This document shows, one piece after another, positions 9,572 to 18,052 of a DNA stretch of 64,000 bases; within the stretch, counting starts at the first letter, position 1, and each line of letters opens with the position of its first letter. Where the stretch lies: the IMG/VR virus record IMGVR_UViG_3300042894_003945, positions 32,001-96,000 of that record; one strand, written 5' to 3'. This DNA is from a virus. Below the pieces are notes generated by a model, which was not told where the DNA came from, did no database searches, and saw only the letters and a list, made by a program, of their open reading frames with translations. The position numbers and the translations under genes were made by a program.

Positions 9572-12500
9572 TTATGCTCTTGTATAAGTTATTCTAATTG
9601 CTAATAATTCAGCCACCGCCGCTAATGTATCACCACCTGCCGCACCATCTCTATAGCATCTAAATTGCACAAAATTACTAGCTGCTGGGGTACCCCCTAG
9701 TGTTATTGCCGCTGTTGCTGCAGATATATTCACGTCTCTCGTAGCCTGGTTAGCATCGGTAACTGTTTGAGCAGTACCAAAAGCTTGGTCTATCAAATCA
9801 GAATCAGCGTATGCTCTTCCTTGGAATCCCCAAACAACAGAGTTTGTTGATGCGTTATTTGACATCCAATAGAATACTGCAGTTATTGTACCACCATTAT
9901 AATCTGATGGCATAGGCATTGCCCAGTTTGCAAAGGTTTGTGAACCGTCTGCAAAGTTTATAGAGTAAAAGTTTACTGCATTTGTTGCTGTTGCTGTTAG
10001 TGTTGGAGATTGTGCACCAGCTGTAATTGAAGGCCAACCGCCACCAGCTGTTAATATAATTTGACCTGCTACAGATGCACCATTAGCTCCTGAAGTACCT
10101 GCTGAACCAGAAGAGCCACTAGTTCCTGGAGCTCCACTAGCTCCATTTGCACCAGAAGTGCCAGAAGAGCCACTAGTTCCTGGATCTCCACTAGCTCCAT
10201 TTGCACCAGAAGTGCCAGAAGAGCCACTAGTTCCTGGAGCTCCATTGGCACCATTGGCTCCACTTGTGCCTGAACTGCCAGATGTACCAGGAGCACCGTT
10301 TGCTCCATTAGCTCCTGAGGTTCCTGATGAACCTGAAGTTCCGTTAGCTCCATTAGCACCATTGGCCCCATTAGCTCCACTAGTACCAGATGAACCAGAG
10401 GTACCATTAGCTCCGTTAGCTCCGTTTGCACCACTAGTACCACTAGATCCGGAAGTACCATTAGCACCATTGGCACCATTGGCTCCACTTGTTCCGCTTG
10501 TTCCGCTGGTACCGTTAGCACCGTTAGCTCCTGAAGTACCACTAGATCCACTCGTGCCGTTAGCTCCGTTTGCTCCATTTGCACCGGAGGTGCCTGATGT
10601 ACCAGAAGTACCATTAGCTCCATTAGCTCCATTAGCTCCTGAGGTGCCTGATGTACCGGAGGTACCGGAGGTACCGTTAGCTCCGTTAGCTCCATTAGCT
10701 CCTGAGGTACCTGAAGAACCGCTGGTACCGTTAGCACCATTAGCTCCTGAAGTTCCTGAGGTTCCATTTGCACCGTTAGCTCCTGAAGTACCGGAGGTAC
10801 CAGAAGTACCATTAGCTCCGTTAGCTCCGGAAGTTCCTGAGGTTCCTGAGGTTCCATTTGCACCATTAGCACCAGAGGTGCCTGATGTGCCATTAGCTCC
10901 GTTAGCTCCTGAAGTACCAGAAGTTCCGGTTGAACCCGATGATCCTGATGTACCATTGGCGCCATTAGCCCCGCTAGTTCCAGAAGTGCCACTAGTTCCT
11001 GTTGAACCAGAGGTACCTGTACTACCTGATGTGCCTGATGTGCCATTGGCACCATTTGCACCAGATGTTCCAGAAGTACCAGATGTTCCACTAGTTCCTG
11101 ATGTATTTGTAGTGGTTGCTCTATAGTATAGTTGTCCGCTGTTTGTATCTACTACAACGTAGTTAAGTAAAGAGTTAGCAGATAAGTTTACACTTAAAGA
11201 CCCCGTTATGGAAACACTACCACTAATATCTAATAAAGTATTGATTCCAGTTTCCTTACCTATCCCTATTCTTGATTGTGATACATAGAATACTCTCTGT
11301 CCGAATTGTCCTATTCTAACTGTATTATCAGAGAATGCTTCTATTACTGGGAGACCAGCAGCTGTGTTTACTGAGAATAAAGATCCTGAAAGGGAATCTT
11401 CTATTTGGAATAATCTTCCAGATACTCCATCTACTGTAAATACACTAGATCCGGTACCGTTTATTGCTACGGATCCTGTGAACCTGTGGGTATCTGCTGC
11501 ACTATCTCCAAAAATATTACTTCCACTACTATAAATTACTGAAGAAGATACGGTTTGTACCACTAAAGTATTTGCCGTAATATTTCCTGTAGAGGTTATA
11601 TTTCCTGCTACGGATAAGGTAGAACCATCAAATGTTAAATTAGCTTCGGCATTTGCTGTGTTAGTTGTACCTAATGAAGTTAATATTCTGTTATCTACAG
11701 CGTTTGTTATAGTATTAAACCCTGTACCTGATGTACCAGAACTACCTGATGTTCCATTAGCTCCGTTAGCTCCTGAGGTTCCGGATGTGCCGGAAGTACC
11801 AGATGTTCCTGTACTGCCACTAGTTCCACTAGTCCCATTAGCCCCGTTTGCACCACTAGTCCCAGATGAACCAGAAGTACCGTTGGCACCGTTAGCACCA
11901 GAAGTACCGGAAGAACCTGAAGTACCTGTGCTTCCACTTGATCCAGAGGTGCCGTTAGCACCATTTGCTCCGCTAGTTCCTGATGAACCAGAGGTTCCTG
12001 TTGAACCACTAGTACCCGAGGTTCCAGAGGAGCCTGAAGTACCTGATGTACCAGAACTACCAGATGTTCCACTATTGCCAGATGTGCCTGATGAACCTGA
12101 TGTACCTGTGCTACCGCTTGTACCTGTAGTTCCAGAACTTCCAGAGGTTCCATTTGCACCATTAGCACCTGAAGTACCTGAGGAACCACTTGTGCCTGTA
12201 GAACCACTAGTTCCAGAACTGCCTGAAGTACCATTTGCTCCATTAGCCCCGCTAGTTCCAGACGATCCAGATGTACCTGTACTACCACTAGTTCCAGATG
12301 TACCTGTACTACCTGAAGAGCCAGATGTTCCAGTTGAGCCTGATGTTCCAGAAGTACCGCTAGATCCGTTAGCACCAGAAGTACCTGATGTTCCAGAAGT
12401 ACCTGCCGGAGTTAAAGCCCAAGAAGCTGTAGTTGCAAAAGAAGCGGATGTAGCAAATGATGCTGTTCCAAATAATGATCCTGTTAAAAAAGCAAAACTC

Positions 12501-12724
12501 CCAGAAACTACAATAGGTTCTCTGTTAAAAGTTCCCAACCTTATTATATTGTTTGAGAATGCTTCTAATATTGGAATGCCGGAGATATCCTTTACAGCAA
12601 ATAAAGACCCTGACAGATTATCTGTAACAGAAAAAAGTTGGCCTTGGGAACCTTGTACATCTAAAATAGTGGATCCAGACCCGTTTACTACGAGTCCTTT
12701 GCGGACTTTGAATTCATTTGCCAT
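9572..12724 (-). CDS. Collagen-like (Gly-X-Y; GTS/GSS/GAN) fibre protein, 1050 aa
   Basis: Two long Gly-X-Y blocks (~11723-12405 and ~10073-11100) separated by a beta-rich module shared with the 2865-aa gene; C-terminal globular domain. Confidence 0.8.
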   Translation of the reverse strand: MANEFKVRKGLVVNGSGSTILDVQGSQGQLFSVTDNLSGSLFAVKDISGIPILEAFSNNIIRLGTFNREPIVVSGSFAFLTGSLFGTASFATSASFATTASWALTPAGTSGTSGTSGANGSSGTSGTSGSTGTSGSSGSTGTSGTSGSTGTSGSSGTSGANGANGTSGSSGTSGSTGTSGSSGTSGANGANGTSGSSGTTGTSGSTGTSGSSGTSGNSGTSGSSGTSGTSGSSGTSGTSGSTGTSGSSGTSGANGANGTSGSSGSTGTSGSSGTSGANGANGTSGSSGTSGANGANGTSGTSGSTGTSGTSGTSGTSGANGANGTSGSSGTSGTGFNTITNAVDNRILTSLGTTNTANAEANLTFDGSTLSVAGNITSTGNITANTLVVQTVSSSVIYSSGSNIFGDSAADTHRFTGSVAINGTGSSVFTVDGVSGRLFQIEDSLSGSLFSVNTAAGLPVIEAFSDNTVRIGQFGQRVFYVSQSRIGIGKETGINTLLDISGSVSITGSLSVNLSANSLLNYVVVDTNSGQLYYRATTTNTSGTSGTSGTSGTSGANGANGTSGTSGSTGTSGSTGTSGTSGTSGANGANGTSGSSGSTGTSGTSGANGANGTSGTSGANGANGTSGTSGTSGANGANGTSGTSGTSGANGANGTSGTSGANGANGTSGSSGTSGANGANGANGTSGTSGTSGTSGANGANGANGTSGTSGTSGANGANGANGTSGSSGTSGANGANGTSGTSGTSGANGANGANGTSGSSGTSGANGANGANGTSGSSGTSGANGANGANGANGTSGSSGTSGANGANGAPGTSGSSGTSGANGANGAPGTSGSSGTSGANGASGDPGTSGSSGTSGANGASGAPGTSGSSGSAGTSGANGASVAGQIILTAGGGWPSITAGAQSPTLTATATNAVNFYSINFADGSQTFANWAMPMPSDYNGGTITAVFYWMSNNASTNSVVWGFQGRAYADSDLIDQAFGTAQTVTDANQATRDVNISAATAAITLGGTPAASNFVQFRCYRDGAAGGDTLAAVAELLAIRITYTRA
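10107..10244. repeat. 54-bp tandem repeat, ~2.5 near-identical copies
   Basis: ccagaagagccactagttcctgga(g/t)ctcca... starts at 10107, 10161 and 10215. Confidence 0.9.
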
Positions 12725-12775
12725 AGATATCTCCTTCTTTCATTATCCAAAAGGATCAGTAATAAATATAACAGA

Positions 12776-13033
12776 TTATGGTAATGGGTTAGGATCAGTC
12801 CACTCAGGAGTAGCTAATATTGCTAATATTTCTTCGTAGGTATAGGGACCTTCTTTAGTGGTTAAAGCCTCTACTGATGGTGGAATTGTTACTCCATCCC
12901 ACTTAACAAATGTTTTTGTCAGATCTACTGACTTTCTTACTGTGTCAGCTGATGTTTCTAATACTTCGTTGAAGTTAATTGTATCTAATTCAGATACATT
13001 AAAGATCATGAATTCTCTGTTTTCGTATGCCAT
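12776..13033 (-). CDS. Small hypothetical protein closing the LamG array
   Basis: 85 aa (ETSADTVRKSVDLTKTFVKW...YTYEEILAIL...EW); starts 3 nt after the last LamG gene. Confidence 0.7.
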   Translation of the reverse strand: MAYENREFMIFNVSELDTINFNEVLETSADTVRKSVDLTKTFVKWDGVTIPPSVEALTTKEGPYTYEEILAILATPEWTDPNPLP

Positions 13034-13036
13034 AGT

Positions 13037-13705
13037 TTATAAATTAAAGCGTGATTTTAAAGCGTTATAATTTTGAGTCATTTCTTCTGTTGATAATATC
13101 CTATTATACATGGCAACAAATGAAAATTCCGCCGTACTGAATTCTCCAACACTAGGAACCCAATTGAGATACGCCGCACCTATAGAAAGTCCTGCGGGTG
13201 TGTTTAAACCTCCATTATTAGGTCCTGCTGATAATGTATTGTTTACATAGAGTGAATATGTATCTAAAGAAGGATTTCCATTCCCTATATACATTCTCCA
13301 ATTAGTATCTGAACCTCCAGTTGGACTACCGGATGTTACCCATCCTGATATATAATAATTTGCAACGCTGTTACCCCAGTGTCCTAAAATAGAATTATTA
13401 TAATTGCAATTTATTATTCTATTTCTAACAGCACCACTATATCTAGCAGCACCAGTCCATGTAAAATTGGTGGCAATTCCTAAATCTATATTTGTGTTAG
13501 AAGTAATATAATCATCCACTCCATCAAATGATAATACGGGTGTTGGTGATGAGGTGTTATAACTAACTCCATTATACAATGTTCCATGATATCCATTTCC
13601 TGAAATATCGTATATAGTTGTCCCAGATCCAGGATATGAATTTTTATTAGCTACATCCCATAGTACTACTAATCCACTTGTCGATATGTTAGGTCCTGTA
13701 AACAT
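13037..13705 (-). CDS. LamG / concanavalin A-like lectin domain protein (paralog 6)
   Basis: GLVVLWDVANKNSYPGSG, FDGVDDY and YNRILSTEEMTQNYNALKSRF motifs. Confidence 0.85.
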   Translation of the reverse strand: MFTGPNISTSGLVVLWDVANKNSYPGSGTTIYDISGNGYHGTLYNGVSYNTSSPTPVLSFDGVDDYITSNTNIDLGIATNFTWTGAARYSGAVRNRIINCNYNNSILGHWGNSVANYYISGWVTSGSPTGGSDTNWRMYIGNGNPSLDTYSLYVNNTLSAGPNNGGLNTPAGLSIGAAYLNWVPSVGEFSTAEFSFVAMYNRILSTEEMTQNYNALKSRFNL

Positions 13706-14427
13706 TATAATCCGAATCTTGATTTTTGTGAGTTATAGTTTTGTAAAACCTCTATAGATGTTAAAGGTCTGTTATACACAACAACATTTCCCAACTTAAA
13801 TTGACAATAGCAATATCCACAATGTCTATGGTATCCGTTTATTGTGAAAGTTGATGCTATGGTAAACGTACTTTGTAGAGTAGTGGCAGAATTATATATA
13901 CCGTTTGTATAAGAAGTCATAGTGCCTGGATTGTTGTTGGCAAAAGTACACACCAAATTTAACCATGTATTTAAAGCGGATGTGCCAAAACCTAAAGAAG
14001 CCCCTGCTGGAGGGTTTGGTGCAATAGTAGGATCTTGATTGTAAATATACCAACTAGGAGCCCCATTTGATTGTAAACCAAACACATTCCAATATCCAGT
14101 AGACCAGTCTATAACACTTGTAGCTCCTGTGCAAGGGCATGAGTTGTTGGTCCACGTTTGAGCATTTACCCAAACTCCTACAGTAAAACCAGCATTACTA
14201 GAGCTGATTACTGTACTGGAGTAGCTTATGTCATCTACTCCGTCATAAGTTAAAATACCAGAGTTTGCTGAACTATATCCAACTCCATTATACAATGTTT
14301 GATTATATACATTAGAACCTATATCACTCCAAATAGTACCACTACCAGGATAAGATCTAGGATTAGCCGCATCTAGATTTAATATTAATCCACTAGTTAC
14401 TATATTTGATCCTCCTATAGTTGCCAT
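13705..14427 (-). CDS. LamG / concanavalin A-like lectin domain protein (paralog 5)
   Basis: GLILNLDAANPRSYPGSG, YDGVDD, FTVGVWV and YNRPLTSIEVLQNY motifs; TAATG stop/start overlap. Confidence 0.85.
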   Translation of the reverse strand: MATIGGSNIVTSGLILNLDAANPRSYPGSGTIWSDIGSNVYNQTLYNGVGYSSANSGILTYDGVDDISYSSTVISSSNAGFTVGVWVNAQTWTNNSCPCTGATSVIDWSTGYWNVFGLQSNGAPSWYIYNQDPTIAPNPPAGASLGFGTSALNTWLNLVCTFANNNPGTMTSYTNGIYNSATTLQSTFTIASTFTINGYHRHCGYCYCQFKLGNVVVYNRPLTSIEVLQNYNSQKSRFGL

Positions 14428-15122
14428 TATAAACCGAATCTTGCTTTTTGTGCGTTATAGTTTTGAAGTACTTCCGATGCTGAAAGGGAACGATTATATA
14501 TTTTAAGACTTGATATTCTACCATTAAAAAAATATGTCACAAATCCAGGATCTTTGTATGCTCCTAAAACAAATTCTGCAGCAGAAGTATTAGTAACTCC
14601 AGAATTTTCAGAAGGGGATAAAAGTTGACTATTAAAATATCGATATCTAGAACCTACTGAATTATTATAAGTTCCGGTGTACATATTCCATTCTGTTTTA
14701 TTTCTAGGGATACTTCCATCTTGGTCATTACTGTAGTAAGCATACATAAAATTAGTATTATTACCTGCTCTAAATCCAAAATAAAATCCTTGATTAGTAT
14801 TTTGAACACCACCACCAAACATAAGTTGAAAACTAAGATTATTAGCAGCTTTTGCTACAATTTCAACAGTGCTTGAATATATACTTTGTGCAATTGGCGG
14901 TGTTGAAGTTAGCGCAACATAATCGTTTACTCCGTCAAATACAATAGCACCGCCATCTGAAGAATCAAAAGTAGGACTGTTAGTTAAAATTCCATGATTT
15001 CCATTTCCACTTAAATCATACCACATATTTCCACTACCTGGATATGAATTTCTATCAGCAGCATCTAGTGATAACACTAGCCCGTTTGTTACTATTTTAC
15101 CAAATGCGAATTGTGTTGCCAT
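14427..15122 (-). CDS. LamG / concanavalin A-like lectin domain protein (paralog 4)
   Basis: GLVLSLDAADRNSYPGSG, FDGVNDY and FNGRISSLKIYNRSLSASEV motifs. Confidence 0.85.
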   Translation of the reverse strand: MATQFAFGKIVTNGLVLSLDAADRNSYPGSGNMWYDLSGNGNHGILTNSPTFDSSDGGAIVFDGVNDYVALTSTPPIAQSIYSSTVEIVAKAANNLSFQLMFGGGVQNTNQGFYFGFRAGNNTNFMYAYYSNDQDGSIPRNKTEWNMYTGTYNNSVGSRYRYFNSQLLSPSENSGVTNTSAAEFVLGAYKDPGFVTYFFNGRISSLKIYNRSLSASEVLQNYNAQKARFGL

Positions 15123-15126
15123 AACT

Positions 15127-16650
15127 TTATATATTGAATCGTGATTTTAATTGATTGTAGTTTTGACGAACTTCTGATGCTGAGAGGGCCCTATTATATA
15201 TCCTGACTATTGGTATATTTCCAGCAACAGTATAGTTATTATCCCCATGAAATCTGCCTATCCATAATTTATTTGCTCCTGTAGTAGTAGTATTTAATGG
15301 ATTAGCTGTTCCGATCTGTACTCCATCTATATAAAGAATAGCGCTTACTCCATTAGTATTAGATACTACTATATGATGATAATTTGAATTAGGATATGAT
15401 GAATTTGTAAAAAAATTAGCACCACTATCTCCTGTATTCCAATTTATAACATTATTATAAAAAAATATATTAGGTCCAGAACCATAATTATCACTATCTA
15501 ATGAAATAGGTATTTTTACATTATAATTTGATGACTGCATAACTAATTCTAAAGTACAACTAGGTCCTAATGTTATATTAGCATTTATGTAGTCGTCTGT
15601 TCCATCAAAAGTCGCCTGTGCATTTGAATCAAATGATACGTTAGCCATACTAATACTATTGGCATTTCTAGATATATCGAGTAGAGAATTTGTAGCTAAT
15701 CTAGTACCAGTTGTAAACTGTGTAGCATGGGATTTTTGTTCAACTTGAATATTAGCTATATCTACAATCATATTCCCAGCAGATGGAAACCAATATGAAA
15801 TTAGATAGTTATGAGTAGGAGTAAATGTGTAGCTATTCCTTACCCACTGTCCTACAGCTCCCCAAGTTGCATTCATTCCAAAATAACTATATCCTGCTGG
15901 ACCTCCGTAGTTATAGTTATTAAACCCGATATAATTACCCACTGCACTAGGTGTTACTGCTCTAGCATAGAAAGAAACTGTTACAGGAGACCCAATAGTA
16001 ACAAAAGGATCTACTCCATAAGCCATTCCATCAGTTACTCCATCAGGCCTAATCCAATTTAACCTAATACAATCCGTTTTTATTCGAGGATTTGCAGTAT
16101 CATATCCATTTGGAACAATTTCTTTAATAAGTCCAGAATTTGGTAGATGTGGATATCCCCACCACATCGTTGGAAAACTAGATGCGTTAATTGAAATCCT
16201 TTGATCTAAAGCTATACTATTCCATACTACTGGATATCCTGTAGAAGGGTTTACGTATCCTTGAGATCCATCTTGTGAACTATTATACTGATGCAATGAA
16301 AACTCTGTATTGCTTATTTTTTTGACAAAATAAGTTGTACCAGCTGATAAACCACCACCTGTTGTTTCAGGCATCACTGCATCATAAGTTCTTAAAGGAT
16401 GTGATGTTGTTGTTGTTACAATATTATTAGTAACGCTAGATATTGTTCCTATACTAAAATAAGCACCTCCATTATATTGATTTGTATTATATGTACTCCA
16501 AGCATTTCCATAGGTAGGTAAAGCATTTATTGTTGCTGTAGGAAGTGCATTGGTAGTAGGCTCTCCTTTGTATGAATTGCTATCTCCTGTGTCATATATA
16601 AACACTAAGTTTTCATCTCCTATTATATTTGGTCCTCCTGATATTCCCAT
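15127..16650 (-). CDS. LamG domain protein with large internal insertion (paralog 3)
   Basis: LamG-type N-terminus (LVFIYDTGDSNSY) and C-terminus (FDGTDDY...YNRALSASEVRQNY) separated by ~290 extra residues. Confidence 0.8.
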   Translation of the reverse strand: MGISGGPNIIGDENLVFIYDTGDSNSYKGEPTTNALPTATINALPTYGNAWSTYNTNQYNGGAYFSIGTISSVTNNIVTTTTSHPLRTYDAVMPETTGGGLSAGTTYFVKKISNTEFSLHQYNSSQDGSQGYVNPSTGYPVVWNSIALDQRISINASSFPTMWWGYPHLPNSGLIKEIVPNGYDTANPRIKTDCIRLNWIRPDGVTDGMAYGVDPFVTIGSPVTVSFYARAVTPSAVGNYIGFNNYNYGGPAGYSYFGMNATWGAVGQWVRNSYTFTPTHNYLISYWFPSAGNMIVDIANIQVEQKSHATQFTTGTRLATNSLLDISRNANSISMANVSFDSNAQATFDGTDDYINANITLGPSCTLELVMQSSNYNVKIPISLDSDNYGSGPNIFFYNNVINWNTGDSGANFFTNSSYPNSNYHHIVVSNTNGVSAILYIDGVQIGTANPLNTTTTGANKLWIGRFHGDNNYTVAGNIPIVRIYNRALSASEVRQNYNQLKSRFNI

Positions 16651-16652
16651 AG

Positions 16653-17378
16653 TTATAAGCCGAAGCGTGATTTTTGTGCGTTATAGTTTTGTAGACACTC
16701 TGCGTCTGTTAAATATCTATTATATACTACAATATTATTGACGTCTCCCCAATATTGAGAAGCGTTTGATGGGTTTGTTTGTGCTCCATTATTGTAAGCT
16801 CCTATTGAACAAAACCCATGTTTAAATCTTGCATTAGAACTATTATTAGATCCTAATATAGTTCCTGGAGCATCATTTATACTAAAACTATAATAGGGTT
16901 CGGAAGAAGCATAATATCTCCAAATTAGCATGTTCCACCTAGTAGTACCATATCCAGGTAAAGATTGTTGACTGTACCCAGAGCTATTAAACCCAGTTCC
17001 ATTAGTATTGTCATACATCCCTATTAACCATCCTCCAGATTGTATTATTATTTGATGGTCCCCGCCCGAACTTAACCCTCTCAAAAGTGTTCTCCAATTT
17101 GAAGCGCTGTTTAGAACTCTAGTCCAACATATAACAGTAACGTTTCCAGAAACTATAACATCAGAATCTACTTTTTTTGCACAACCATAAGACCCATTAA
17201 AATCCATATACTTTGGTCCTGATGAATTAAAAGCAGTTGAGTTGATATCAAAATGATTATTATTGCCACTTAAATCGTACCATTTAGTACCGCTGCCAGG
17301 ATATGAATTTGTATCCGCTGCGTCTAGTGATAATATTAATCCGTTTGTTGATACTATAGGTCCATTTGCAAATCCCAT
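16653..17378 (-). CDS. LamG / concanavalin A-like lectin domain protein (paralog 2)
   Basis: GLILSLDAADTNSYPGSG...YNRYLTDAECLQNYNAQKSRFGL. Confidence 0.85.
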   Translation of the reverse strand: MGFANGPIVSTNGLILSLDAADTNSYPGSGTKWYDLSGNNNHFDINSTAFNSSGPKYMDFNGSYGCAKKVDSDVIVSGNVTVICWTRVLNSASNWRTLLRGLSSGGDHQIIIQSGGWLIGMYDNTNGTGFNSSGYSQQSLPGYGTTRWNMLIWRYYASSEPYYSFSINDAPGTILGSNNSSNARFKHGFCSIGAYNNGAQTNPSNASQYWGDVNNIVVYNRYLTDAECLQNYNAQKSRFGL

Positions 17379-17388
17379 ACTCTATCAT

Positions 17389-18051
17389 TTATAAATTAAA
17401 ACGTGATTTAGTTCCGTTGTAGTTTTGTGCTACTTCTGAGAAATTAAGGACGCGATTGTATACTTTATAGGAGTAGATTCTACAATTAAAAGTTGCTCCT
17501 AGTTGCCTATTATTTTGATATCTTAAAGTAGCACTATATGTTGTATTGGATATTAAAGAAGAATTTATATAAACTATTGTATTTTTTGTAGAATCATCAA
17601 ACGTTATAACTATATTATATGTACTATTTACAGTATGTCCTAAATTACTAAGGACTATATCTGTACCTCTATGATTTGCTATCAATATATTATTGCCACT
17701 ATTTGTATTATTATATCTACACAACATATTTTGATTAAATGATGCTAAAATATAATTGTATCTTTCTGTAGCTGTATTTGTATCAAAAGTTAAAGGAGAA
17801 TATGTAATATCTATTGTAAAAGTAGTTAAAGTTGGAGTAGAATGTAATATATAATCATCTATTCCATCAAGTACAAAATTTCCTCCATTAATAGAATTAA
17901 AAGCAGGTCCGTTAGTTAAAGAACCACTATTATTATTTCCTGATAGATCAGACCAAGTAGTTCCGCTACCAGGATACGACTTAGTATTCGCCGCATCCAG
18001 TGCTAGTACTAAACCATCAGTTACAATATTTGCTCCTCTGTAAAATCCCAT
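17389..18051 (-). CDS. LamG / concanavalin A-like lectin domain protein (paralog 1)
   Basis: GLVLALDAANTKSYPGSG, LDGIDDY and YNRVLNFSEVAQNY motifs. Confidence 0.85.
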   Translation of the reverse strand: MGFYRGANIVTDGLVLALDAANTKSYPGSGTTWSDLSGNNNSGSLTNGPAFNSINGGNFVLDGIDDYILHSTPTLTTFTIDITYSPLTFDTNTATERYNYILASFNQNMLCRYNNTNSGNNILIANHRGTDIVLSNLGHTVNSTYNIVITFDDSTKNTIVYINSSLISNTTYSATLRYQNNRQLGATFNCRIYSYKVYNRVLNFSEVAQNYNGTKSRFNL

Positions 18052-18052
18052 A

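Noticed and set aside
12725-12740. 13-nt match to the T7 gene 10 / pET ribosome-binding region (AAGAAGGAGATAT) as vector contamination
   Set aside because: The match is short and flanked by native phage sequence with no other vector features; treated as coincidence.
13037-18051. Diversity-generating retroelement or shufflon acting on the LamG array
   Set aside because: No reverse transcriptase or invertase in the window, no near-identical TR/VR pair with adenine-specific differences seen, and all cassettes are complete co-oriented genes.
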